Source: Eledone cirrhosa
Taxonomy: Eukaryota
DNA: 64,000 bases
Assembly (NCBI GenBank): GCA_964016885.1
Contig: OZ024741.1
Span: 219,480,001-219,544,000, forward strand
Direction of reading: 5' to 3'
A program made the translations under genes and the position numbers. The notes under the pieces were generated by a model that was not told the origin of the DNA, searched no databases, and saw only the letters and a list, made by a program, of their open reading frames with translations. Shown piece after piece: positions 42,201 through 54,189 of the stretch. The stretch's first letter is position 1, and each line of letters begins with the position of its first letter.

Positions 42201-44900
42201 ACGTGGCCAGAGTGCAAGCTTCGAGAACGCTCTTGAACCAGTTCTTCGACGCGAAACACGAAGGCTGCGTTGTCCGAAGCAAAATACGTGCTCTGGGAAA
42301 CGAGGGGACCAAAGCTGTTAGCTGGGCCCGCGTGACAGAAGCGAAAAGTGGGATTAAATCCACTATCCGGTCTTTGCGAGACCAGGATGGACGGTTGATC
42401 CTTGAACCTAAGCAAATGTGCGAGGCCTTTCAAAGGCACTTTGCCCGATTGTTCGAGAGGGGCGGGGGGCCGGTTGGGGATGTGGATTTCGGTCCATACC
42501 TCGACGGCCTGCCGCGTCTTTCGGACAAGGAGGCGAGGTCTTGCGACGGGCCGATCTCAGCTGCTGAAATAAGGGACGTGCTGAGTCTATGCGGCAAACA
42601 CAAATCTCCAGGGCTCGATGGTCTGCCCTACGAACTATATATTAATATGCCGGACTTGTTCCCCGATCTCCTCGAAGCGGTCTACTGCAACTGACAACAG
42701 AACGGGAGAATTCCCTGTTCTGTGACCAAAGCCGTAGTCTCGCTAGTGAGGAAGGACGAGAACAAGGGGGGTGACATTAGTAATTTTAGGCCCATAACTC
42801 TGCTAAATGCAGAGTTAAAGATTTTGGCCAAGGTGTTAGCGAAGAGGTTGGCGCTTGTCGTGGGGGGCCTGGTGGGAGATGCGCAGACATGCGCTATCCC
42901 GTCCAGGTCCATCCGCGACAACCTCCATCTCATGCGATACATCATAGAGAGGGTTGGGAACGAACCCGGCTTTGGTGAGGCCCTGATAAATTTAGATCAG
43001 TCTAAAGCGTTCGATAGGGTGGACCATGGTTACCTGGATGCGGTGCTAGCGGGGGCTGGGTTCGGACCCGTTTTCAGGGGCTGGATCACTGCCATGCACA
43101 GCAGCCGCATCTGCTCTAGAGTCATGGTGAACGGCTACCTCTCGGAGCCGTTCGAAATCACCTGCTCCATCTGACAGGGATGCCCTCTCTCCTCCCTTCT
43201 GTATGTATTGGCTCTCGAGCCACTACTGCGGAAGTTGGAGTTGTTGCAGGGCATCCCTTTGGAACCGGGATTGCGCAAAGCGGTGTCGGCCTATGCCGAT
43301 GACATAACAGTAATGGTGTCGACCACCTCGGAAATCGAGGCAATCGGCACCTTACTGGAGGAGTACGAAAGGTTGACAGGGGCTAAGCTGAACCGGGACA
43401 AGTCAGTCGCTTTGCAAGTCGGCGAGTGGAGGGGCAAAGCGATGTCGTCCGACGGTATCGTCGGACGGTGGACGGAGGGCCCGGTGAAGTTGCTTGGGGT
43501 CTGGTTCGGACCGGACCTCCAGGTGGAGAAAAACTGGGGTGAGGTGACGAATAGGCTGTTTGCACTGACCCAGAAGTGGGCCGAGTGCAAACTATCCCTG
43601 AAAGGTCGGGCGGAGGTGGCGAACGCTTACATAGCGTCCGTCATCTATTACCGCTTGACTGTCGTGCCTTGCCCGGGTGAGATCCTCGCCAAAATGGAGC
43701 GCGCCCTCTTTTATTTCCTTTGGAAGAAGAGGTTTCCTCTGGTGAGGAGATCCATCTGCTGTCAACACCCTTTGAAAGGAGGCCTGGGGATGCCGTGGCT
43801 AAAAATGCGTAAACACGCATTGAGGCTTTGGCACCTCCAGGTATTCCTCACCCGTCAACCGGTGTGGGCCCCGTTTGTGAGGCGAGCCTTCCCGAGGCTC
43901 GTCTCGCTCACCGAGCTGCAGTCCTGGGTGAAGCAAAGACCGAGAAAACTGGGCGACTGGCACACCGAGTGTGCCCAGGCGCTCACAGCTCTCTGGCAGG
44001 CGGACCCGGCTATCGACGGAGACTCCACCTCGTCATTCTATAGAGGGCTGGTGGTTAGCGGGTGCGACGACGAAGAAACGGAGAAACGCTAGGCATGGAG
44101 GAGGACGAACTGGCCAGTCTATTCGGTAGGACTTTCGGCCCGGGACCTATGGACAACTTCCAGAAGTCCTTGGCCTGGCAGTGCTACCGAGGGGCTCTGC
44201 CCATTCGGGATAAGCTCTTCAGACACGGGCGCCCGGGTAGGGACCCCTCGAAAAAGATCTGTCCCAGATGCGTGCGCGACGAGGAAACCGTCGCGCACGC
44301 ATTGGTGCACTGCCCGGGCGTTGCCGATCTGTGGGGCTATGTCGAACAACTGCTGTCACGGGTGGGACCAATTAGGTTGACCACCGAGTCCATTGTAACG
44401 ATCAAGCCGCCTCCCACCTTCAAAAATGAAGGAGTGGCGGTCTTCCTCTGTGTAATAGCCATGGTAAAAGAGGTTATATGGTAGACGCATCTAAAAGGGC
44501 TGAGGTCGGACACCTTTCTCTCCGGCCAACAACTGGTCCTTTTCTTCCGATACCATTTCGGAAGAAGGATCAGGATGGAGAGAGACGTGCTCCACTCCAG
44601 CCAGTTTTATGAAAGGTGGGTGAAAGTTGCGAGAATGGCCCGTGTGAATGGGCCTTCTCTCTACCTCAGCCTGTAGGTGGAACAGGAAGAAGGGAGCACC
44701 CTCTCTTTGTGCTCCCGTGGAGAAGGGTCGCACACTTTTTTTCGGGGGTGTGTGTGACCCCAAGACGATCCCTCCCTATTGAGGACCTTCTTGTTACTAT
44801 TTTGTTTGTTATATTTTTCTTACTCGATTTTTATGTAAACTCCCCCCACCCATGTACATGTCCCTTTCTTTTGTGCCCTCGTGACAAATAAACAGAAATT
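39297..44900 (+). mobile_element. Tx1/L1-type LINE family B, copy 4 (full length, nonsense mutations)
   Basis: ORF1 from about 39500 with CYHCAGRGHLRTAC; ORF2 from 41237 with APE, RT and CCHC finger; (TGTC)n flanks. Confidence 0.92.
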
Positions 44901-45393
44901 TATCTGTATGTCTGTCTGCTTGTATGTCGGTCTGCTTGACTGTCGGTCTGTATGTCTGCCTGTCTGCCTGCATGCATGTCTGCCTGTCTATCTGCCTGCA
45001 TGTCTGTCTGTCTATCTGCCAAACATGTGGACTGCATGATCATAATCTCATACTTTCTTATTTATGGCATTCATTCTCTCTCCCTTTCTCCCTCTCATTC
45101 TCTCTCTCTCACCATCTCATTCTCTCTCTCACCCTCTCATTCTCTTACTCCCTCTCTCTCACCCTCTCATTCTCTCTCTCCCTCTCTGCTTCTCCTCCAT
45201 CCCTCTTTATCTTTCTGCCTCTTCAACTCATCACCACCGTCACCATCATCACTGCCGTCACCTTCATCATCACCACCAATACCATCACCACCATCATCAC
45301 CACCATCACCACCATCATCACCACCATCACCACCATCACCACCACCAATACCATCATCATCATCATCATCCTAAACCTTCTCATAATAATGAA

Positions 45394-45420
<27 letters not shown>
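44901..45420. repeat. Compound microsatellites (TGTC)n, (CT)n, (CAC/CAT)n, (AAT)n
   Basis: Directly visible. Confidence 0.9.
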
Positions 45421-45424
<4 letters not shown>

Positions 45425-45585
45425 GGCATGCTTGCTTGGAACAGCAAGAACCCTCCGATACGTCCTGAATATCTGAGGCTGCAGGTAGTGGCTTGATATT
45501 CAATCCAACAGACTTTCCAGTTAACCAACATCAATGACTGAGATTCAAGGAATAACAACAATAATAATAATAATAATAATAATGA

Positions 45586-47818
45586 TTTCTTTATTAACCA
45601 CAAGGGTTTAAATAAAGTAGACATTAAGGACAGTGCAGGACAATACAGTACGGTACAAATGGGCATTTCTGTGTGTAAAAACAAAAACAGAGGATGTAAC
45701 AAAAAAAATAACAATGAAAAATTCCCCAATAGGGGGGAGACTTCCGAGGGACATTTGTGGAGAAAGCCCATTAAAAGACAACAGTGACCCTGACCACCAG
45801 GGCAAGTGTCCTCTCCCAGTTTTCCACCTTTAATTTACAGACACATACTCAGAGTAGGCCCATTCACTCGGGCCATTCTTGCTTCTCTCACCCATCTTTC
45901 AACAAAATGCTGGGAAGAGAGCACTTCCCCCTCTACCCTGATTTTCCTTTTCAATTGAAATTTGAAAAAGTTAATCAGGGCATCACCGAAGAGGTAAGTG
46001 CTCATCTTCTGCCCTTTCAAACATGTCCACCATACTATCTCTTTCGCCATGGCCACCAGACAGATAAAAACTGCCTGCCCTTCCCGGCTAAAGGAAGAGG
46101 GCGGGGCAATCCTCACGATGGACTCAGCTGATAGCTGGATCCGTCCTACACGTGACAGCAGGTGTTCGACATAAACCCACAAGTCAGCAATGCTCGGACA
46201 CTGGACGAGTGCGTGCAGGACGGTTTCGTCGCCCTGCGCGCATCTCGGACATGCCCGGCTGACGGCACCTCCATGCCTGTAGAGTTTATCCCGAACTAGC
46301 AAAGCTCCCCGGTAGCACTGCCAGGCCAGGGATTTCTGGAAGTTGTCCATAGGCCCCGGCCCGAAAGTCCTTCCGAAGAGATTGGCTAGTTGATTTTCGT
46401 CGACGCCTAGAGTTTCTCCAAGTACGTCGTCGCTCTTCCCCTCCACTAATCCTCTATAGAACGCCAAGGTGGAGTTTCCACCGATCACATTGCCCGATTG
46501 GTCGAGGGCTGTGAGCACCTGAAGACATTCCAGTCTCCAAGCGCTCCCTCTCGGTCTTCGCTTGACCCAGGACTGCAGCTCCGTCAAGGAGACGGGCTGG
46601 GGAAAGACGTGTCTAGCAAACGGCGACCACACCTGATCACCGTCGAGGAAGAGGTGGAGATGTCGTAGCCTGAGCGCGTGTCTGCGCATCATCAGCCACG
46701 GCATGCCAAGCTTCCACGTAGCGGGTCTTGACAGCAGATAGACCGCCTGACCACCGCAGCGCGTCCCTTCCACAAAAAGCGAAAGAGCAAACGCTCCAGC
46801 GCAGTCAGGCGGGGCTTAGGACAAGGTACGACGGTCAGGCGGTAGTAGATGACGGACGCGATGTACGCGTTAGCCACCTCCCCTCGATTTTTCAGGGATA
46901 GCTTCCTCTCCGCCCATTTCTGGGTGAGAGAAGCCACCCTGCTCGTCACCTCGTCCCAGTTTTTGTCCATCTGGAGGTCCGGACCGAACCAGACACCTAG
47001 CAATTTAACCGGTCCGTCCGTCCAGTGCCCGACGATGCTGTTGGACGGCATGGACCTGCCTCTCCAGGTGCCGAGCTGCGGCCCACTGACTTTCTGGTTG
47101 ATCATTGCTCCTGTCACCGCCTCGTATTCTCTTAGTGTAGTGCCGATCGCCTCCATGTGTTTGGCGTTCGACACCACTACGATGACATCGTCTGCATATG
47201 CTGACATGGATTTTCTGCATCCCAGTTCGCGTAGGACCCCCCCCCCCCACAACGTCTCCAGTTTGTGTAGTAATGGCTTGAAAGTCAATACGTACAACAG
47301 GGACGAGAGGGGACATCCTTGGCGGACCGAGTGCATGATGTTGAATGGTTTCAAAAGATGACTGTTCACTCTCACTACAGAGCAGATGTCGCTGTGCATG
47401 GCAGCAATCCAGCCTCCGAAGACGGGCCCAAAGCCAGCCGCCCTCAGGACTGCCGGCAGATAATGATGGTCGACCCTATCGAAAGCTTTCAACTGATCTA
47501 AATTGATCAAGGACCCACCCGTGCCAGGTTCCCTAACTACCCTCTCTACGATGTATCGCATGAGGTGGAGGTTGTCGTGGATGGATCCGTCTGGAATGGC
47601 GCATGTCTTCGCCTCTCCCACTAGACCACCAACGACAAGCGCCAAACTCTTTGCTAGCACCTTGGCCAAAATCTTGAACTCTGTGTTTAGCAGAGTTATG
47701 CGCCTGAAATTATCTATGTTATCCCCCTTGTACGGATCCTTTCTCAAAAGCGCCACCGCTCCTCGGCTCACAGAGCAAGGAATTCTCCCGTTCTGTTGCC
47801 AGTTGCAGTAGACGTCGG
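45586..47818 (-). mobile_element. Tx1/L1-type LINE family C, 5'-truncated
   Basis: ORFs 46692-47771 (RT, YADD) and 45835-46773 (CPRC..ETVLHALVQC); AATAAAG 3' end next to (ATT)n. Confidence 0.9.
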
Positions 47819-48171
47819 AATAATCAGTAATATAATAAAAGCTGTGTGTATTTGTCTGTCACACTCTAGAGATGACTGAGGAAGGAAGGGGTGATGACAA
47901 ACTCCAGAAAACAGCATCTGTGTGTGTATATGTATAGCAAATTAGTTACACACATTGGCTGTTATGATTATGTGAGTGTTTGTGTGCGTGTATATGTATG
48001 TTTGTGTAAAATATATTTATATATGATATTTATTTGTGTGTATATGTGTGTTTGTATGAAATATATTTATATATGATATTTGTGAGAGTATATCTGTGCT
48101 TGTGTATGCTTATTTAGATAGATACATAGACAATAGAATTATAAACACATACACATCTACACATACATATA

Positions 48172-49478
48172 CGAGGGGGGTAAAAAAGTTCGTGGAATTT
48201 TATCGTAGCAAGAAAAAAATCAGGTTAAAACAATATTAAACATGTCAGAACATTGTCACTGGGTGTTTACCTTGCTATTAGTCACTTGCAGTTATGCGCG
48301 GACTATTGCACAGTACTGACACTCTTTAAAAAACCTCTTTTTGGAACAATGGAAAATAGTTATTTTGAGATAAGATCGAATATCAAGTTTCTGGTGAAAC
48401 TCAAATGGAAAGGGACACAGATTATGGAGGCTTTAGTTAAAGTTTACTGTACTACTGCTCCAAAGAAAACTGCTGTCTACAAGTGGATTCAGCGATTCAA
48501 AGAAGGGAAAGACGACCTTGAAGACGACCATCGCAGTGGAAGACTAGGAACATAAAAAAATGACCAAAACGTTGAGGCTGCTCAGACTTTAATTGAAGAA
48601 GATCGAAGAATAACAGTTAATCAGTTAACTAAGTCCCTAGACATTTCATATGGTTCGGCAAATTCAATTCTGCACGATAATTTGGGACTAAGCAAGGTTT
48701 CAGCGCGATGGGTCCCAAAAGCGTTGCGCCCTGATCAGCTGATTCTTCAAAGTGATCTGTCTTTCGCGATATTAAACAAAATTGAAGTTGATGAAGAGCA
48801 TTTCCTGACCAGAATCATCACTGGAGATGAAACCTGGATCTACCAGTATGATCCTGAATCCAAACAGCAGTCAAAACAGTGGCTTTCACGTGGATCATCG
48901 GGGCCAATCAAGTTCATATCTCAAAAGTCGGATCAAAAAGTGATGGCCACCATTTTCTGGGATTCAGATGGGGTGATACTAATAGATTATCTTGAAGGTC
49001 AAAGAACTGTGACAGGAGCTTACTATGCAAATGTTTTAAGGAAGCTGAAAGAGGCATTAGTCAAGAAACGAAAAGGGAAACTTCATGGGGGGATCTTGTT
49101 TCACCATGACAATTCACCAGTGCATTCTGCGCGGATTGCAAAAGAAGTTCTTCGAGAATTTCGATGGGAAGTGCTTCCTTACCCGCCTTATAGTCCAGAT
49201 TTAGCCCCATCAGACTTTTTCCTCTTTCCAAAACTCAAAGAAATGCTAAAAGGAACCCGTTTTAGTAGTGTTGAAGAAGCTAAAAACACTGCCAACACAT
49301 GGCTTTGAACAAGGTCTTCAACTTTCTTTAGAGACGGCTTACGAAGCTGGAAGCATCGCCTTGTGAAGTGTATTGACCTGGATGGCAACTATGTAGAAAA
49401 ATAAATTGAAGGTAAATCATATTTTTGAAAAATAGATTATTTTCTGAAAAATTCTGCGAACTTTTTGATCCCCCCTCG
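48172..49478 (+). mobile_element. mariner (DD34D) transposon, full length; transposase 48349-49404 with two in-frame stops
   Basis: TIRs CGAGGGGGG..AAAAAGTTCG / CGAACTTTTTGATCCCCCCTCG, TA duplication; WVPK, TGDETW, HDNS, YSPDLAPSDF; stops at 48553 and 49306. Confidence 0.95.
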
Positions 49479-49480
49479 TA

Positions 49481-49860
49481 TATAAACTGACACACTTGAC
49501 ACGCGCACGCGCGCTCTGCCGAATACCCCAGATATTCAAAACAACAAACAGCGGAGGACGCGTTTCACACCTGTCCGACAGACAACCTTTACCCCGAAAA
49601 AAACCCCAGTTGATGGATGTGAATCCGAAATATATAGGGACTATTAAATCTCTCCCAAGGTAACTCTCTCTTGTGTTGTTATTTTTTTTTATCCTTTATA
49701 CTCTTCCCTTCTTTCTTCTACACATTTACACATCTTTACACACCACGCATCTCAACGTACACCCACTTACATCTCTCTCTCCACCACCGGATCTTGTTAC
49801 CCGGAGATTTACCCATTTGCATTGTCGAGGCTTCCAAACGACTTAAAAAATAATCATTAC
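49481..49860 (+). mobile_element. Probable Penelope-like pseudo-LTR with a decayed minimal hammerhead (49604-49639)
   Basis: CCC-CAGTTGA-TGGAT..ATCC-GAAA-TATA-TA-GGG. Confidence 0.45.
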
Positions 49861-50412
49861 ATACACACACATCTATGTGGTGAGTTAGTGTGAAGGAACC
49901 AACCAATCAACCAACCAGCATCTCTTTTTTATATTATGTATAGATATTACAATTAGCTGTCATTTTTGATGGCACGGAGCCAGCTAATAATAATAATAAT
50001 AATCATCTTGCACCACCTCCCCACTATCACTACCACTGACATCATCAACATTATCATCATTATCATAATACTCCTCCTACACCTACTCCACATCATCATC
50101 ATCATTGTCAGCATCAGTACCACTAATTACCACTGTCATCATCACCATCATCCTCATCATCATTATCATCATCATTATCATCACTATCATCATCATCCTC
50201 ATCATCACTACCACTGCATCATAATCATTATCATTGTCATCATCATAGATTTCTTTCTTAATTCATGTATCCCTGCCCAACTACCACCACCACCACCACC
50301 ACCATCACCACCACCATTACCACCACCACCACCACCACCACCACCACCACCACCACCACCACCACCACCACCACCACCACTATTACCCCCTCCCCCCCCG
50401 ACCACCATCACC

Positions 50413-50665
50413 CATTAAAATGTCATTAATTCATGCAGGGATATTGTCCTAACTACAACCACAAACATCCATTAAAATGCCATTAATTCATGCAGGGATA
50501 TTGTCCTAACTACAACCACAAACATCCATTAAAATGCCATTAATTCATGCAGGGATATTGTCCTAACTACAACCACAAACATCCATTAAAATGCCATTAA
50601 TTCATGCAGGGATATTGTCCTAACTACAAACTCCAACACCCATTAAAATGTCATTAATTAGTGGA
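50413..50665 (+). repeat. 57-bp minisatellite (about 4.4 units) homologous to the exon D acceptor region
   Basis: CATTAAAATG at 50413, 50470, 50527, 50584 and 50641. Confidence 0.9.
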
Positions 50666-50840
50666 TTGGCAGTATAGGTAGAGAGTCATACACCAAGATT
50701 TCCAGCATAGTTACGTCCCTTTACGATCTGAGTTCAAATCCCGCCGAGGTTAACTTTGCCTTTCATCCTTACGGGGTCGATAAAATAAAGTACCAGTAAT
50801 GTACTGGGTAATTGCTGGCCTTGTGCCAAATGTAGAAACA
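50666..50840 (+). mobile_element. SINE family 1 with target-site duplication
   Basis: ATTAATTAGTGGA at 50653-50665 and 50841-50853. Confidence 0.85.
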
Positions 50841-50874
50841 ATTAATTAGTGGAATGATATCGTTCTAACTACAG

Positions 50875-50960
50875 ACTTCGAAAACCATTAAAATGACAAA
50901 AGCTGCTGTTCTCAGAGAAGGAATAATCCATCTAAAGCAAGAAGAAGAAGTAATAAAATG
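50875..50960 (+). CDS. CFAP99: CFAP99-like exon D (TSKTIKMTKAAVLREGIIHLKQEEEVIK)
   Basis: ctacag acceptor, GTAAAT donor; resembles the recalled CFAP99 motif KLNTAAILREG; phase 0/2 joins exon E (TG+G = Trp). Confidence 0.8.
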
Positions 50961-51040
50961 GTAAATCAAATCAATTCTCTAAAATACATCATCATCATCA
51001 TCATTTTATATCCACCCACTTTACATACTGACATGGTATC

Positions 51041-51130
51041 TTCATCTGAAGATACCGTTCTCATAATAGCAACAAATGCATGAATTACATCTTGATTGCA
51101 TGGGAGAACCGTTGAAATAATTATAATGAA
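51041..51130 (+). ncRNA. Hammerhead ribozyme motif with intact core and long stem II
   Basis: TTCAT-CTGAAGA-T-ACCGTTCTC...GAGAACCGT-T-GAAA-TAATTA-TA-ATGAA. Confidence 0.7.
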
Positions 51131-51170
51131 TAAACGATTTATATAACATCAGCATCTTTCTTAATGTTAA

Positions 51171-51349
51171 TTGGCAGTATCGGTAGAGGGTCTGACGCCA
51201 TGCTTTGCAGCAAAGAGTTACGGCCCTTTATGGTCTGAGTTCAAATCCCGCCGAGGTTAACTTTGCCTTTCATTCTTACGGGGTCGATAAAATAAAGCAC
51301 CAGTAATACAGTGGGATAATTGCTGGCTTGTGCCAAATGTAGAAACAAT
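51171..51349 (+). mobile_element. SINE family 1
   Basis: A/B boxes and central core. Confidence 0.85.
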
Positions 51350-51353
51350 TATA

Positions 51354-51397
<44 letters not shown>

Positions 51398-51413
51398 CAT
51401 ACATATACATTTA

Positions 51414-51480
<67 letters not shown>

Positions 51481-51486
<6 letters not shown>

Positions 51487-52240
51487 TTCAAGAGTAACCA
51501 ATCTTAAAGAGAGAGATGGCGATAGGAGAGAAGAGAGATTGGTGAATTAGTTAGAAGCCAAAAGCGTAAAGGCATGTGCTCAATGTGCAATATGCAGTGG
51601 AAGGCAGCTAGGTGGCTGGGTTCATGCAGAGGTTAGGTGCACAGAGCTGGAAATATTCATTAGTTAAGCAAAACAAGACCACAAATTTCCCAAGGAAGAC
51701 ATTATTTGAAGATTGTCAACATAGTTTTAGTTTAATGTAAGGAATGTAAAGAATAATAATAATGATACTAATAATATCCGTTTGCAATTGTTTCGCGACT
51801 CCATATAATGTTTCTGGATCAAATGATTATAGATCATTATTGATCTGGTTCAGATGAAGATAATTAACTTAGGTAAAATTGGAGCAGTTCATCGGAACTT
51901 CAAAAGGAATATAAATTAAGGTAAAGAAAGATGGTTACATGAATGTAATGTTCCATATATTGGTATTTGACTATGCTGTCCTGGGTCTATCTATTGTCTG
52001 CCATAGGCGAGCAATATTCTTATGTCGAGGCTACATTATGCGAGATCTGCCATTCTGAGTTCAAATCCCGCCGAGGTTAACTTTGCCTTTCATCCTTACG
52101 GGGTCGATAAAATAAAGTACCAGTAATACACTGGGTAATTGCTGGCCTTGTGCCTAATGTAGAAACAATTATTATTATTCTTTACATTCCTTACATTAAA
52201 CTACAACTATGTTGACAATCTTCAAATAATGTCGTCCTTG
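51481..52240 (-). mobile_element. Probable Penelope-like 3' end with inverted arm and decayed hammerhead (51780-51898); truncated SINE at about 52045-52168
   Basis: About 51690-51763 is inverted at 52168-52240; minus strand GTT-CCGATGA...GAAA-CAATTG-CA-AAC. Confidence 0.55.
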
Positions 52241-52586
52241 TGAAAATGAATATATATATGTATTTCACATTGCTCCAGTTTACTCAGCTGTAGAAATGAG
52301 ATGATAGGGCCTGGGGTCCCTATCATTCCACTGCAAAGTGGTCGTGGAGGTGCCATGGCAAAAAACCACCCAGCCCACACTGTAAAGTATATGTGTAGGC
52401 GCGACGGAAAAAAAAGCACCCAGCACTCACTGTAAATGAGGTTGGTGTTAGGAAGGGCATCCAGCTGTAGAAATGGAGCCAGAATCAGTTCCCGTCCCAC
52501 CCTTGCAAGCAGGGAAAAAGCGTACGTAAAATGAAATGAATGATGATGATGATGATGATGAGATATATATATATATATATATATAT

Positions 52587-52912
52587 ATAAATCAGGAAAG
52601 AAGGTTTACATGGTTTGCTATACAAAAAAGTTTTTAATCACATAGCTTACATTTGTTTCACTGAACTGGTATGTCTAAATTGTAAGCTATGTGATTAAAA
52701 ACTGTTTTGTATAGCAAACCATGTAAACCTTCTTTCCTGATTTATTATTACTCCAAGTGTTTACAACATAGGAATTACAGCATACCCGCAGCATCACTAT
52801 GAAAACGCCTTGTTGAGTCAAACCAAGCCAAGCGTTAATATCATCCACTACCTGGAATACCATAACTGGACTTTACCTAAGTGGACTGCATTTAACTATT
52901 ATTTGTTAATCC
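52587..52912 (+). mobile_element. Fold-back pseudo-LTR (arms about 52587-52652 and 52680-52745) plus tail, in (TA)n
   Basis: Inverted arms; GAAACAAATGTA hammerhead half in the left arm; tail homologous to 56565-56730. Confidence 0.75.
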
Positions 52913-52925
52913 GTATATATATATA

Positions 52926-53165
52926 TATATAATTTAATATGAGAGAGATGAACACAGATATAAGTATACATATGTTCCAATTGCAAAGGACCAACATTTT
53001 TTTTTCAACCTAGTTAACTGGTCCTTTGCAATTGGAACACATGTATACTTATCTCTGTGTTCATCCCTCTCATATATTCAATTATATTACACGGCTCGGA
53101 AAAATTTATTTCTTGGAGCTACTTAATTATAAAAGACTATTTTGAGTTTCTAACTCAATGTATGA
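52926..53165 (+). mobile_element. Fold-back element (arms about 52926-52993 and 53018-53087) plus tail, in (TA)n
   Basis: Inverted arms with GAACA(C/T)ATGTA; GCTC..GAGC tail helix. Confidence 0.65.
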
Positions 53166-53377
53166 TATATATATATAAAACGTATATTTGTGTGTGTGCG
53201 TGTAAATCTATTTTTAGAACCGTTGAGCAAGTTATGAATTTTGAATATTATAACAGCTTCAATGCATGTTTTTAACTATGAAAAATAATCTTAAGTTGTG
53301 TATATAAACAAGTCCCTGGAGATGGGAAAATATATCTGATAAGTATGATTTCAAGTCTCACATGTTGTGCTGTCCAC

Positions 53378-53606
53378 TTAACCTCTTAGTATTTAAACCA
53401 GCCATATCTTGCCAGAATTCTCTCACCTCTTTCTGTTCAAATCAGCTGTAACCTGCTGCTCATACTGATGTTAAGGTATTGTTCTAAAAATAAATAATAT
53501 CAAAATCTCATAGATTCGATGTTATGTGAGATAATTATGTGACGTAAAGTGTTTACCATTAAAATACAATATTAAATATAGAGTAATGTAAATGCTAAAG
53601 GGTTAA
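53378..53606. mobile_element. piggyBac-like MITE, same family as 13042-13269
   Basis: TTAA-CCTCTTAG ... GCTAAAGGG-TTAA. Confidence 0.7.
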
Positions 53607-53958
53607 ATAATGGCACTCGTTGTTGTTAAAATAATAATAATGAATAATATTGTGTACAGTGCTCAGGTGCACTACAGCACATCAAAGGTGCATGTATAGT
53701 ACATAGAAGAATATACAAATGTCAGGGAAGTGAAAGGTGTATGAATCATGATACACACACACACACATCCGGGAATATCAAGTGTAACATTGGCAAAGAA
53801 TTTCGGGAAGTATGGAAGTTTTGCTGTTTGTTTGATTAATTATTTATTTCTTTTATTTTATTATATTTTATCTTATTTAATTTTATTTTAATTTATTTTA
53901 TTTTATTTTGTTTTATTTATTTATTCATCTATTCATTTATAATTTTTCTGTTTTCAAG

Positions 53959-54163
53959 GTTTGAAGAGTTAGAGAAGGGGGGGAAAGAAGACAGGCAATT
54001 CATGAAATGGCAGAACACGATGAAAGAGAAAGAAAAAAAGCAATCAAAATTAGAAATGGAGAAGCGAAGATTGAGAACGAAAATCATCCGAGAAGACGCC
54101 ATTTTAGCTAAAGGAAAGCTGCTGGAAGAGAATCGACATGCAGCACAGCAACTGAAACAACAA
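53959..54163 (+). CDS. CFAP99: CFAP99-like exon E (FEELEKGGKEDRQFMKWQNTMKEKE...EDAILAKGKLLEENRHAAQQLKQQ)
   Basis: ttttcaag acceptor, GTGAGC donor; resembles the recalled motifs F.EWQ..M...E.RRL..K...E.A.LA...L..EN. Confidence 0.85.
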
Positions 54164-54189
54164 GTGAGCTTCTTCATTTTGCAGTTTTG

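Noticed and set aside
36979-43174. Shared TGA codons as selenocysteine or an alternative genetic code
   Set aside because: They replace Trp and Arg rather than Cys, and the same copies carry TAA stops and frameshifts; ordinary decay explains them
22084-47811. Many antisense ORFs over the LINE copies
   Set aside because: Shadow frames of GC-rich RT coding sequence
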